This document shows, one piece after another, positions 1 through 14,232 of a stretch of DNA of 64,000 bases (the stretch's first letter is position 1; each line of letters starts with the position of its first letter). Made by a program: the position numbers and the translations under genes. A model generated the notes under the pieces. The model was not told the DNA's origin and ran no database searches. It worked only from the letters and a program-made list of their open reading frames with translations. This DNA is from Takakia lepidozioides (taxonomy: Eukaryota > Plantae > Bryophyta): assembly GCA_030704615.1 (NCBI GenBank), contig CM060731.1:14012001-14076000 (forward strand), given 5' to 3'.

Positions 1-692
1 CATCTCGGTTTTATGTCACAAGCTTATTGCGATGATCTCCTGCAGTGTCTTACGTGATTGCTTGTTGCAAAATGATGACGTGGATTCTATTGCTGTCTGG
101 AAGTTTCAGTTTGTCAACTCACCGACTAAACCTCTGATGTGGGTTGTTGGGCATGTTGGCAATTCAAAAAATGGAGTGTGTAGACTGCTTGCATTCAGGT
201 ACTCCTCATGAGTCAAGTGCTGTCTGTGTGTGCTGCTCTTCTTAGCAGTGGGTCTTGGCAGCTTTCACTAGATAGCCCCATGGTTAGGGTCATGGATTCA
301 GATCATACAAAGCTCAGTGTGATACTTGGCTCATGGCCCCTGGTAGAGGATACTCTTGTTGGTCAGGTTAGGTCTGGATACTTGTCAGAGCTACATAGTG
401 TATTAGTCACAAAATCATCAGCTAGGCTTGTAGAATGCGGAGGGACACCTAGATTGTTTATGATCTGCTCTCGACCTGCCTGTTCATGCCATCTGTGTAT
501 AGAAAGAGGTTCTAACAGTGTAAGGGTGGTGCTTTGTGGGTGTAACAGACCGTTGTATGCATCCCGATATGTAAAGGTGTTCTTGAGCTCGGTACAACTG
601 ATCTCGTAAGTGACCTTCATCCCTCCAAAAATTGATGGTCACTGAAATCAGGACTGGGCAGAAATTGACCGTTTACACCATCTTTTGAGCAG

Positions 693-3600
693 ATAAAAGA
701 GGATCCGACCCTGGTGCAGCACATTCGCACTTTCTTTGTGGAGCAACTGACGCCTGGTCACTCAGAGCATTCTGTATCCAGCCCTCAGATTCTTGACACA
801 TCTGAACATTTACGTCAGCATCTAGGGCAGCCAAGAGGCAACGAGCATCCAAATTCAGCTGTACATGGAGAGAATCAACATGATCGCGACCCAGTAGTGC
901 CTGCCTTCTCTGATGAAGCCAACACTGAAGGTCAGTGAGTCTACAGAGTATGTTTGCAGGTTGATACGATAGTCTGGAAAGATAATGCAGTGCATGCAGT
1001 GAGGCGGTGGTTATACGTTGGTTCTGTCCTTACACTCCAAGAGGTGTCAATTCTCATTTTTGGTATGCCTCATGACCAAAGCTTTTTAGAGATTTCTATG
1101 TGCAAAGGAATGAGTGTCCTTGCCAAGTCTTCAAGACAGTCAGGTTCGGGTCTAGAGTATTTTGTTGAGGTAAACATTTTTTCTCTTGTGTACCCTATTC
1201 TGTTCTGTGTGCAGAACGGGGAAAAAATCCAAACCAAGCCAAGTTCCTGAGCTTGAAAAGACCAGGGGAGGAGGCTGGTCCAAGCTTGCTGGAGGGCAGG
1301 AATAATTGGGCAGTGCTTGATACACAACGACCCCTGCGTCAGCTTATTACTCTGGGAGCCTCTCCAGATCCCTCCCAGCCATGGCCAATTACTCCAGACC
1401 AACGTGAGCAAGATTCGCAGGCACGGTGCAAGACAAAGCCTTTCAGTCTTGGACTCTTTGAAAGTATTGGGAACCTTAGAGAATGATCTCTTTTCTCCTG
1501 GTTTCTCATGCATTTAGGGAGCCTCCCTCATGATACCAAGATTGCCTCTTCTCAAGCAGGGAAAACTACCTTCACATGCTTCCTTTGACATGCCTTCACC
1601 TATCTTTTGAAAAAGAAATAGATTCTTTTTATAAATTAGATATCGAAAATTATTGAAAACTTACAGAAGCTTGCTTGCCAAGTTAGTCTTTTTTCCAGAG
1701 ACTCGGGTGATGTACAAGCAGTTTATCAGGATGTTTTGTGGCAATGATTCCAGGGTGCAGGGCTTTCCAATAAAGTGTCAACGGCCCATGCTTCGAGGGA
1801 CATGTTGATGTTGGGGTTGCGTCAACCTATTGAACCCTCGCTCCATAATGGGTCACAAAATACCCACTACTCTGGGTTACAGAGTTCCCCAACTCATTTA
1901 CAGCACAGTGGAGTAACAGAGGAACCTCTGCTCTCTTCTGCTGTACGTATATCCAACCTGTGTACCTTGGTTTAGGTCCTTGTCAATTTGCCATGCTACC
2001 AGCCTCACGGAGAGAGTGCTGACAGTCTCTCCTCTTTCCAGAGCAGTTGACTTCAGATCTCACTACATTGCTGTTCAGTCAGAGCAAGTCTTTTGCAAAC
2101 TGCTAAGAATTTAAACCTCAAGGAACACTGAATTAACAGGGTATTTTGTTCCACTGTAATAAACTTTGTTGGCATTTGCTGCGTTTACTGTCAGTGATAT
2201 TGCATTTCTTGCGATCTTGAATGTTGCTTTTATTTATAGGTGAATCGACCAGTCTAACTCCACAACTAAATATCTACAGGAAAAATTGGAGAGAGTTACT
2301 GAAGAACCTGAAGAGGCTGCCAGTCTCAGTGCTTTTGTTGATTGGACAAACTGGTCGACACCCTCACAAAAAGGTCAACCTCCTGAAAACCAGCAACAGA
2401 TGCTGAAAACTGCATTGTTTCAAATCACACGTCTATATGGCACAAAAGCAGAGGATAGCAAAGAGGCAGAGAGCAGTTTGGCAACCACAGACAATGAGCG
2501 TGATAGCAACAGGGGGGTTGGCGGACCTCGCAAAGCTGGAGGAGGTGCAGAGGAACTCAATGGGAGCCATGTGCTTGCCGAGCGCCGGCGCCGTGAGAAA
2601 CTAAATGATAGGTTTATGACATTGCGTGCCCTTGTTCCCTTTGTTAGCAAGGTATACTCCAGTCCTACACTCCTTTTGCACTCCTGGGTATACATACTCC
2701 ATAGGCTGGTAACATGTGTGAGGCCATGCTGGGGGAGAAGGATGGGCACAGACCTGAAGTGGTTTAAATTAGTTTCTCTTTCACCATGAGTGTGTGTGTT
2801 TACGGTAAGATGGCAGGTCCTCTTGGCTAGTCTTACATCCACACTGAATGACATGGGCTGTACCTGAGGTGGGATTCCTTCTGTTTGGACGGCTGGCCTG
2901 CCACCCATTTTAGCATCAAAGACTAGTTATTAAACCAGGGGGAAAACTGAAGCTGACCCGCTATTCATTGAAGCCCTTTTCTGTCGCATGCAGCTGATGC
3001 ATGGGTCTCTTGCGTTGCAAACTGAATAGTTTTGGGTACATTCTCAGCATTTGTTATACTGGCATCTTGTGTATGTGCAGATGGACAAGGCATCAATTCT
3101 TGGGGATGCGATCGATTATGTGAAAGACCTTCAGCGGCGCGTTCAGGAACTGGAAACACGAAACAAGCAGATCCAAGCCATGGCTCCCCAGCTTACTAAA
3201 ATCAATAACAATCCTGCAATGCTGGAGGGAAAAACAAAGGGACCCAAAAGTGGCAATGGGGATGTAGCACAAACAGACAGCCAACCAGAGAGCCAAGTAT
3301 CTGACAAGGGCCAGACAGATACTATCGTCACCGAGCAAGGGAAATTTGGGGAGCCAAACACATCGCAACTCAGTCAATCTGTTAAGGTAGAGAGAACACC
3401 AGGAGTCATAGATGTGCAGGTTTCAATCGAGGGTGATGTAGTGGTGCTGAAACTTCATTGTTCATGGCGAAAGAGTCTTCTGCTTGATATTTTACAGACA
3501 CTGAATGACCTCCAGCTGGATGTCTTCGTTGTGCAAGCGTCCATGTTGGATGAGACACTCACTGCATCATTGAAAGCTAAGGTATGTTCAGCAAATCTCA

Positions 3601-4520
3601 CTCTTGTTATTCGCAGTCTTGTCTTTGCGAAAGAGCAGTAAATTAAGCTTATTCTCTTCAACGAATGATTAGGGCTAGATGTATAACACCATTGCAGATT
3701 TTATATGCTGAATTTTCTTGCATACCACGTGAGAACTTGAAGCCATAGTTTGACTCACGTTGTCCTCCCCACCAAGTGGTTTCCAGTCCATGATCTCACA
3801 ACCTCACCACAAAATCCTGAAGGTCTGGAGATCTCTTCCAGCGAGCTTATCAGACAGGAGCTGATGGAAATCCGAGACCTTGAAACCCGAGAATCTCACT
3901 ACGAAGCTGTAGTACTATCACAACACCTTCTTTGTCCTCCGCGTCAAAATAAACCTACAGCCGTTTAGTTGTCTGCAACTACCTCACTTCTACGAGCATT
4001 GGGAAGGTACAAAGTGGGCTCACACAGCCTGCTGATAGAGACTGGTTATAGTGAAAACTGCTTGTGCTCTCCTTGGGCAAGAGATAACAGAAGGGAGATT
4101 CTTCTTTCACTGTCCTCTCTACTATGAGATCTGGGGTCCTATTCTGGGATACCCAATCTCTCGCAGAAGTGTTTTAGTAGAGGACCAGGAATGCTTGGCA
4201 ACATATCCACACAGGAATCTCTCGACGATGTTAAATGTTTTTGGGCAGCTTGTTGAGGGGCCCACATTTTTTCCTTATCCTGCCTTCATCTGTTCCATAA
4301 GCTCTGAGCTTTCCGTGGACTACAAGTTGTCTGCTTGTCTTGGATTTGTCTGGTTCTTCAAACGGTTGGTAAGCATACTGTGCTCACTTCAGTATAAGAA
4401 CTGTAGGTGAAAAACAACCCTGCTGCTTCGATCCCAACAGTGATGGAGGTTCAAGGAGCTTTGCGACGAATAGCAGAAGGCCTGGAGAGTGTACAAGCAC
4501 GTGGATCCCTGCCCATGTGA
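693..4520 (+). CDS. bHLH transcription factor, subgroup IIIf (TT8/GL3/R-like), 5'-partial, multi-exon
   Basis: Exons 693-930 (IKEDPTLVQHIRTFF), ~2280-2651 (SAFVDW..QQMLKTALF..HVLAERRRREKLNDRFMTLRALVPFVSK), 3081-3581 (MDKASILGDAIDYVKDLQRRVQELE plus ACT-like C-terminus) and 4407-4520 (VKNNPAASIPTVMEVQGALRRIA..stop), with GT-AG borders. Probable extra exons near 1215-1403 and 1754-1942 are uncertain. Start codon not found, probably upstream of the window. Confidence 0.9.
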
Positions 4521-5975
4521 GTGCCTAGGCTGCACATCACTCGCCTCAATCTCTGAAGAGATCACATGCAAGTTAGCAGTTGCCATTTCAAGGTGTGTCT
4601 ACTTTTGTCTTTACACTCTCCTGCCATTCTTTGCAATGGCACGTCCTCCTGGAAGAGAAAGAGGTCCATGTGGTCTGCGTAGTCATGTATTTTCATTTCC
4701 TTACTGATGAAGTGCAGTGGAGTGTGAATGCAGGCATAGTGCTGATCCTCTAAGACACTGAGTGCTGATCCTCTAAGACACTGGGTGCTGGGTGACACAT
4801 TCAATTTTCAAATCCAACAAGTTACAGTATCGCAAACTGCAACACTAGGCATTGCTTGCTGGAGTATGTGGTATGACTGGCAACCATGTTATAAGTTTCA
4901 ACATATTTTCAGCTCCACGTTAATGCAACTTAGATCCATCATTTGACCTATATCTTTTAAGTGTGAAAATTGGAAGCTTAAATTACCAGCTGCAGTAGTG
5001 CACACATCTGCCTTCAAAGTAAATAGCTTTCTCCCTTGTTGCTAAACTAAGAAATTTTGTCCAGTCATAGTATGCGGCACACATTTTTGGCTGAGAAATA
5101 GATACTTATTGTAATTATTCACAGCTGGCAACATTACTTTTTCACAAATGAGTGCAGATATGTTACTAGTATTGTTTGTGTTGTGTAGATCTGATTGTGC
5201 AATGGGCTAAGAGCAATTTCCGTGCAGTAATGTAATATAGGTTAGAGTTATAGTACAGTGATTACTGATGGAAGGTGGTAACTTGATTATCTATGGCAAT
5301 TTCAAGAGTTGTCTACAATTTGAAGAATCCAATTCTTGAATACAGATGTGGGACACAGATATACTTAGAAGGATATATATACTATGTTCTAGTGAAGGAT
5401 TTTCAAGTTTGCACAGTTGTTGAAATGTCAGAGGCTCAATACAGAGCTTATTGACATTGTCACTCAATAAGGGGGAGTATCTGATTGTCAATAGAAATAG
5501 AAAGTATGTCTGCAATGAAAATGATAAAACCTGTGAGATTTTCTAAGGCCCTTAGTGTTCGAGAATGTGGAGTTGAGTATAACTTCCTCTTCCACAGGCC
5601 TTTTCATCTCTAGGAAAAAAAAAGGAAAAAAAAAAGGTGAATTAAAACTGTTCTTGTCGGAGGTTACTTGGCCACATCCCCCAGATCCCAGACCAGAGTA
5701 GAAGACGTCGATAGAAAGGCTAGTAAGAAATGTGTTAAGAGCAGAAAGCACGGAATTCTCACTTGTACAACAATAACTACCAAAATTATATCATATAACA
5801 GAATGCTCTGTTATAAACTAAATGCCTGTTGTTCAGTGCACACAGCTCTGACACATTTCACAGATGCCTTTCACCTTGTCAAAACGTGCAATGGAAATTG
5901 TCAAATTCTTACTGATCGACGCATGGAATGGCATCACTTTTGGAGGCAAATCTGCCTACCACTCCCATGTGTGTA

Positions 5976-8900
5976 TCATCGCACAAAAGGAATGAGGAGA
6001 TACTCTGCATAGAAAAGCTGCACAGACAAATAGCAAGTGAGAAATGTTTAGATGCATGTGGTGAGTGAGCAAATAATTTACACAAAACACCATCTAACTA
6101 CACTTGAGGGAAAAATTGTTTGGGACATGACGACTGGGTCCTATTTGAGTTTTGGGGGAGGGACAGGGAAATCTTTCCTCACCTTCCAAATGAACATGTA
6201 CCAGGAAGCAATGGCACTTCTACTCTTGAGATCCACAGATTGAGACCGAACCCACAAAATACTGGCCAAGGCAGCATGACCTATAGCCTGCAACATGCAT
6301 TACATATTTTGGTTAAAGCATTTTCATCTTTTGCATGCAGATGATGAGTCCAACAACTGACACCAACAAAATAAAGAACCCATCACAGGGTGGAGGTTTT
6401 GCTTGTGGTGACGTGCAGTATTGTTGGAGGAAACACCTCTCTACACTTGAATACATTTTAAGAATTGTAGGAGTCTCCAATAAAAATATCTGCAGACTAA
6501 GAATGAACAGTGTCTTCAAAACCAAAACACTCTAACAATAGCTAATAATTCTTACCATAACAAGCTTACTCCACAGAACTGGAGATGTGAGCCCAATGAC
6601 AAAAGCTGCAGCGTATGCGGCCAGAAGCAAGTAGACACATGACCAAAAAACCTGCTCCATGAACAATGTCCACAAGAGAAGCAGTTTAGAAATAACCAGT
6701 GAGGCTCCCCTCCTTCCTCCTTGATCTCTGTGCTTCTAACGTATTGTTTTAGTGTCCCGCAGGCACAATTGGCATACCACTGTTGTATCACAATTCTTGC
6801 TGTTGTTCTTCCTTCCTTTCTTCCTTGTCATGGACAATTTAAGCTGAGTTTTCATCTTACCCGCTCTTGCCCAATTCGAACACTGAAAGAGCGAATCCCA
6901 AAAACCTTGTCTCCTTCCACATCTGGGATATCCTGAAATTGCATTGTCAGAGTAGTCAGAACTGAAAGACAACTTTCAAGTCTCCTCTTTCCAAATTTCA
7001 ATATCATTGGACATTGCTCATTTTTCCTGAAGTAACCCTCTATTACTCTATTACTGTATCACCCACCAAGCCCTCCGGTCCATTTATCTGGATTTTCATC
7101 AGATTGTTCCACCCTGCCCTTCTACTTCCCCAGTTTGAGTTTCTCAGCAATGCCCTAGCTTCAATTCTCACACTTGTCCAGCTACACTGAAATATTTTTT
7201 AAGTGGACGCTGCAGTTAAATTAGAGCTTCCTTCCAAAGATGCAGGTATAAGCCCCTCATGTTGCTGCCCAGAGGCAGTTCCCTGGGCCACCAAGAATGT
7301 GAGCCCTTGAGGAAACTTGATATTACTTATTCTCCAGTACAGGTGGAAGGGACTTGAACAATTCAATTTTGAATTTCCCCAGGATAGGAGTGAAAAATAC
7401 TTGCTGCATCTGTAAGGAACTCACAACTACCTCAACCGGAAATTTGTCAATGGCCATGACAATTCCTAGTCAACAATTCCACATCTACATACCCAATATC
7501 ACTACCATCTAGCTGTCGTACCTTGGCAAGAGCTATCACAATAGAGAAGAAGCACATGAAGCCTGTGGCAAACCACAGTGGTTTGGTCAACGCCGCTGCT
7601 CTCCCAAATACAGAGGCCTGGAATCACACAATATTGATCCCCGTATGAAAAGCTTTCAATCTCACAAAAGCATAGAATGAGGACAGTGCCAGCTACTACA
7701 ATTTTCTTAAGACCAGGCAAGCATTAAGTAGCCCCTGACCTTCAGCCAGGGCATCAGTGGCTCAACATACACCTTTTTAAGTGTATTTACATATTTATAA
7801 ACTTAGCCAAGTAATTAAAGCTACACAAGACACGCTGTGAGTCATACCTGCATATGGAGGTAGAATCCAAGTTGCACCACCACAGCCCGCACAGCCAGAA
7901 TACAGCTTGCAGCTGCAACTGCTGATCTCTTCCATCTCAGGAAAGGAAGCTGCAGAAGACAGAAAAACAAAGAACTGATAGCATCAGGCACCTGTGCTCA
8001 CCAGCCTGAACTGAGATCACTTTGCTTTCAGACAAGGTGACACCACCATCGGCAATTGCCTGTGGAGACTGTTATGAACTGCTAGGTGGCAGGCTGGGCA
8101 TACATGAAATAAAATCATGTAAAAACTTTGAAAAACATCACTCTGAGCATATATGCTAACTTGTGTTAATCATGAAGCAGGAAGGAGCTCCTGAAATACA
8201 TCGGCTGAGTATGCTGTGCCCAACACCAGGCTGACAGTAAGAGCCCAAAGCAATGGTCTTGATCCCACATAGAATCCGATAGAAAGGCTCTGCAGCCAAC
8301 ACATCTCATATCAGTACATCCAGTGAACCAAGCCCCTGAACGGTCTATCCTCGGGGTAGAAAAGGAGTGCCAAGAAAGGGAACAAGATTGGATATATATA
8401 ATAGTGAGGACCCTGAATAATACTGCTAACTACATCCAATACGCTATCTGATACACAAATTGGAAAGGCATGGTTGATGACTGTACCAAGGCAGCAGAGA
8501 TGGCCACCAATGCTATCCCAGTGGCTAAAGAATATTCACCCGAAGCTAATGGAAGATATGGCTTGTTCACCTGCACATTGCGGTACTTGAACAAGCTACA
8601 TACAAAGGAAATGGAAAATCAACATCTGCATATCAAATGTGAGACCCTAGTAAACTCTGATTACTATATTAGACTAAATTAAACTATGTCATTCTGGTCA
8701 CCAATTGGAAAGACAGCACCAGAATACTATGGAGAGTTGGAAACATGAAATGGACTTGACTTTGTCCACAGAGGGCCACAAGGGCCCATGGCATGTCGCC
8801 AGGCTGTGCTCAGCACTTAGAGATGCAGACTTTTGGGCATTCAGCAAATGTACCAACACAAGGCCTACTTGTCATAGGCATTCCAGCTGAATACACAGCA

Positions 8901-10617
8901 TTGACAGAGGTGAGCATAAAAGGCACATACAAGCGGTACAATAATCGTTCCACTGGATTAGGGCATTCACCTTATCTATTTCAATGTCATAAATTTGGTT
9001 CAAACCCACAATGTACACATTCATGCAAAGAGCTGGAATCAAAGCCTGCACAACCAGATAAAGAAACTTATCCCCAAGCACAAGTAAAATGCTCGTCAGA
9101 GCATCATTTACAAACAAAATCATCTCTTGCCAGGGGCATTGTGGGGCTACCAGGCAGTTTTGAGCCTTAAAGTCATGTCCAATCTATTGAAAGCTGCAAC
9201 CCGAAGCCCAGATGCTTCAGCTACAGAATAATTTGTTACATTACTTTCAAAGTATGAATCGCATGACATCTTGCGTAGGAATTGAAAGCTAAACAAGGTA
9301 GCACTTGCCTGTAGTAGTCCAACAACAAAGGTTGAGGAGAAGTCAACTGGACTTTGAACAGCGAGCATAGACACTGATATCACACCCAAGGCCTGCACAC
9401 ATGGGCAACTATATCTCATCTTAAAATTTGCTGCTTTCATGTGTACACTGCAGATCAAAATCCTAATCAGGACGGGCAGCTGCTATTGATGACGCTCACC
9501 AAATTACTTCTCCCCTTGATGTTAATCAACAGCTGATTCAAGCGGCAATACTTCCCTTCAATTTCAAATGTCTACTGAGAGCCACTACACTCTCGTAGGT
9601 GATTGACTTAGCACAATTGCAAACAGTAGTGTATGAGCAATTCAGCGTGGATTTAATATAAGCGAAACCAGTGTAAAGTTCTCTCCTCAGAGTAGAAGCA
9701 CTGTGTGGGAGATTGCTCTGAAGTTCCAGAAGAGATAAAATGAAACAGAGAAAGTGCGCCTCGAAAGAAGAGGAGGGAAAGAGAGGGCCAGGCACATTCA
9801 GTGGAATAATATTAACAACAGCACGATCACTGAAACTAAATGAACTAACCAAATGTTCATGGAACTTACAGAGCCTATTATTGTGTGAGGACGGGAGAAA
9901 CGATAAAATGCACTAGACCAGCCCGCTACTGCCTCCACAAGATTCTTTGTATCTGATGGCACAGACGAACCCTCCTCCACATCGATATGTCTTGCAGTGG
10001 CAAAAATGCAGTTTGGCACTTTCCGCAACATTTGGCTTCCACCCGCTCCAACTTGGATTTGGCAGAGTGGTAGGTGCGTGCCACGAATAGTGCCATGCTG
10101 GCTGCCGATCGATCTACCATAAACGCCTACACCGAGCAGGTTGCAGTGGATCCAATCCCTGCTCCTCGCACAACAATTACTCCCTACGTGAAGTATAGCC
10201 AATCAGTACTGTCGAACCGGTGTACCTTCAGTGGTCAAACAAAAGCAGAACACTATACGAACTCGAACTTCAGGCACACACTCATCAGAGCCATGCAAAG
10301 CTTTTAAAGAACGTAGCAGCCACATTGCATCAAAAATGACCTATTTTCATGGCCCAGCAACAGTGAGAAAAAAGCAGCTATAAGATTAAGCGCAAGATAA
10401 AAGCATAGTAAACCACATTGGATTAGTTGTAATGTAACATTGTTGCATTATATTGTCAGGACAGCTTACGTATGGACAGTATTTGTCGACGAGCTGCATG
10501 AGGAGTAAAACCGAGTGCCAGTTGAGAGAGCGGCAAAGCCACAGAAGTCCTCGTTTGCTGAAGACATTGCCCCTGGATCCTACCAGTGACATATTTGGCT
10601 GCATGAAGAGTCTCCAT
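5976..10617 (-). CDS. HPT1: Homogentisate phytyltransferase (UbiA prenyltransferase, VTE2/HPT-like), multi-exon, with putative plastid transit peptide
   Basis: Exons give [83 protein letters not shown] and the terminal [13 protein letters not shown] (stop 5978-5976). The first exon (10617-10470) is inferred. An HGGT-type paralog is not excluded. Confidence 0.9.
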
Positions 10618-11592
10618 TTTCCCACTGCAACAGGATTCTCTCACAGAAATGCACACAGACCTTAGTCCCAGCTACATGCAGGGAACTAAATGTGCGCAGC
10701 TGAGGCTATTGCTGCAGGTTACAGTGAATGCCGTTATCGTCGATACTCTCAAGCATCGGGGCCTTCATCGCCTGCCAACTGGCACTGAGAAATTAAACAC
10801 ACCATTGCTGTTGTGACAACTCCAGCACTGCACCATATGTAAACCAGTCAACTGGTAATTCCCCAGGGAATTCCGAGTGAGATGCTCAATGCTCACAAGC
10901 AGATCCTTCTATCTCGTATACCGAACAACAGCTGCCGCAGAGGTGATGAATACTCTTCAAGCTGTACAGGCGGTGTGGAAGTCAGTTGCAAAATCTTTGC
11001 AAAGATCTACTTGTGCATCTTCGTCGATCGTCGTCCACCAAGCGAGCATGCGCAACGTGTTTGTCTTGCCAAGCGAACGGCCCACATAACATAACAACCG
11101 GAGGCCGTAAATAGTAAATACTCGTAGCTTCAGAATTATCTTTTGTTAGTATAATAGGTAGTAAATATTAATAATTTAATCCAGGTGTTTAACCCCTGAA
11201 ACGCCCACTTGGGTCAAATTCCAATATGGCCGGTCCCTTGGAGGCTATTTTTCCCTCTTGTATCCCCCTCTTTTTAATTGAATGCAATTCCGAGTCCCCC
11301 TGTTTCACAAAACGTAAATACCTAAACCCGCGGGTTGATAGCGGGTGGTAGGGAATGTGGGTACCTGCTTCCCAAAGTCATGACGTGTCCAACTGCGGTC
11401 AGGTTGGGTCAACGGTAGGATGGCGGGTGTCAGCGCGGGCGGTAGAAGAGCCGGGGATGTGTGGCCCGGCATTACACCGGCAATGTGGCCCTACACTGTC
11501 GGCCTGCACCTCAAAAATCCCTGCCTCAGCCGAACAGAGACTTGTCGTAGAGAGAGATGGAGACTTGTGGCGGGAGAGAATTTGGTTCCGTG

Positions 11593-11787
11593 TGCAACCA
11601 TGGATTGGTCTTCGGGATGGGTCCCCAGAGAAAATTGGAGGAACAAGCTCCACCTTTGAACCTTGCAGTCAAAAGCTCCACCTTGTTTCGCCACTTTCTC
11701 TTGCGACCCACACCGGGAAGAGGTTCTCTCATTGATCGCAGCCTTCTACATACTTTGCTTGTTGTCGGTTGGCGGCATCTGTCTCTC
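11593..11787 (+). repeat. Dispersed repeat, inverted copy at 31264-31423
   Basis: gggtccccagagaaaattggaggaacaagctccac...ttgcgaccca.accgggaagaggttctctcatt matches the reverse complement of 31294-31423, with small indels. Confidence 0.85.
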
Positions 11788-12431
11788 TTTACTTGTCGTA
11801 GAGGTAAATTGTGTGCATGCAAACATCCTGAGCACGCCATATGTCATCCCTCTTGTGAAACCCTGACAAGGCTAGCAGGCCCCACGGCCCACAACAAGAG
11901 CTTGCCTCTGCTGGCACTCTACCCGAGCCCTCGCTGCTTCGGCTGAGTCTCATCACTCATAAGTTACATAACTTGCCACAGCCTGTTCTGTAACTTACTC
12001 CTCTTCCTCATGACGATGGAATCTGAATGTGAGTGGTGGAAAAACTGCATTGAAGTTTATACCTCGATGCAAGTGTACATTGCACGAGTCTATTCAAGTT
12101 ATGACAATCTTAAATCACCCGGCCCACCATCATACGTTACAGTGGGGCCCCGCCGCCCCTGACATTGAACCAACTTGAACACGTGTGTATTAATTTCAAT
12201 TGATGGCTTGTAAGAGTACAAAAGTGTGAGAGTCGAGACGATTCTGGCAAACTCGGAAGTCGGTGGCAGGTGTTGCGTAGGTACATACTACATCTGCTCA
12301 AACGCCTTCAGATCCTCCTCTGACTTTGGCAAATTGGCAACCAGCTTGGGCCTTCATCAACAACTTGCCAAACGAGGATTGTAATAAGATAGGTTTCAGA
12401 CTGGCGGCCGGACAAACTGTTTGTGCCTTAA

Positions 12432-13595
12432 CCCTTAAGTGTCAAACCCACCCGTTTTGGGTTGGTGAGGTTTCTTTAACCAGCCATAACTTCCTGTGGT
12501 TAAGGCTGATTGGCCTTTTTTTTTGGCTCAATCGACAGATAATCGGGTCCCCCTTCATATGGCATTGGCCAATTGGTCAATGCCTGAAGGGGTATGGGTC
12601 TAGACCAATTGGAAGGGGGTACACTCAGCTTTTTGAGGCAAATTTGGCCCCTAACCTGCCCAAGTGGCTGACATGGCAACTGCGGTCAGGTTAGGGTGAC
12701 TGAAAGATACCCCATAAAGGTTAGGGCGGCACGCTCCCCCAAACCACTTGATTGCCCGGGGGGGGCATGGCGCCCGGCGCAGGTCTGGGCATTCTCAGGC
12801 CTGGGCCCTAGTCTGAATCCACGGCGATGGCAGCTCCGGCGAACGCTATGCAGGGCGGGCTGGAGGGAGTGCAGCCGCGATGGCGGCATAGCTCGGGGCT
12901 CGAGAAAAACGCCACGAGGGGTGGGCCAAACCTAGGGCGGCCAAACCTAGGGCGGGGGTTTGAGAGGGTTGAGGGTGGAGTGGCCCCCCATGAAAGCAGG
13001 GCCGGGTAGCCAGAGGAGGCCTGCAGGCTATACCAAAGGTGTGCCGTTTGAAGTCTTGGGCAGGGAACCTAAGGATGCGGTGCATTGGCTGATTGGCCTC
13101 AAAGTTTTTGGGGACTTCATATGGAAGCCCATGACATTTCAACCGGAGGGATTAGGGATTGACCGGCTGATTGGCCTGCCCAAATAATATGGCATATTTT
13201 GACCCCCCAATTTGTCACTACAAAGGAGCCCACTTGAGAGCATTTCAGAAAAAACTGAAATTTTATGAGAATGTGTGTTATCAGGTATGGAACAACATTC
13301 TTGAGACTCTCAAACAGAAAAAATTAAAAATGCCCAAATACGAGCAAAAAACTGCTTTTTTTTTCACCTAGTTTTTAGTGGAGAATTTTTTTTGTCCCCA
13401 CTCTACACTTCATAATCTTCAGATCTGGCAGTTGGATTTTGGTGAAACTTTTTGTGGTAGGAGGTGGGGTAGGTGGGAAGTAATTCCAACGGTCAGTTTT
13501 AAAGGGACACAAAGATTCTATAGATAAAAAAAAATTTGTGGGCCAGGGTCATGTTTTTCCACGAGAGGGTGAAAATGAGTTTTGACACTTAAAGG
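12432..13595. mobile_element. Non-autonomous piggyBac-like DNA element (TTAA-flanked, 15-bp TIR)
   Basis: TTAA(12428-12431)-CCCTTAAGTGTCAAA ... TTTGACACTTAAAGG-TTAA(13596-13599); TIR 14/15 identical; no transposase ORF. Confidence 0.7.
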
Positions 13596-13739
13596 TTAAC
13601 TAGCGTTTTCACTATTAGCGCTGACAAGATGCAGACACCTAGTGGATAGAAACAGCGTTTCCAAACTATGTAAGTAGCGCTGACAAGATATAGATATGTA
13701 GCAGACAGAAATAGTCGCATCCCACTGCTTGGACGTTAC

Positions 13740-14171
13740 TATTGAAATCTGCAATATCTGAGAGCCAAGAAAACAAGACGACTTCCTTGCTTATTCAATA
13801 GACATAACAGTCACAATGCTCAATGCAATTTGGTATATACGCTTCTATATCATGAAAACTATTACTACAGATCTGTACTTCTTGAGCCAAGATATCATGT
13901 GTCATATCTTCACTTTTGTATCTTCATTCTATATCAAAGAATGCTCTAACATACTTTGACATTGCAGCGGTAAGAAGAGACAGATTACATAGTAGCGGCG
14001 AGAAAGACCAAAAAACAGACTCCTAGAAGCAATCCTAAATGTACAGATGTAATCTGGTGACGCGGGAAACTTGACAACCGTACCCATTGCCAGCTCACTC
14101 TAGATTCAAAACAGGTCATTCCGATCGATCATGACAAATGTCCACTGGTCGATCGATCAACATTTTCAATA
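13740..14171 (-). repeat. 3' LTR of outer Copia
   Basis: TATTGAAATC...TTTTCAATA; direct repeat of 30709-31141 with two small indels and scattered substitutions. Confidence 0.92.
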
Positions 14172-14232
14172 CTCCCATTCCAGTGGACATTGTATCTTCT
14201 CAAATCTCCCACTCAATGGTCACTGGTACTGA

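Noticed and set aside
693-10617. bHLH IIIf plus prenyltransferase as a prenyl-flavonoid gene cluster
   Set aside because: Adjacency only; the enzyme looks like a conserved tocopherol-pathway HPT and no other pathway genes are present.
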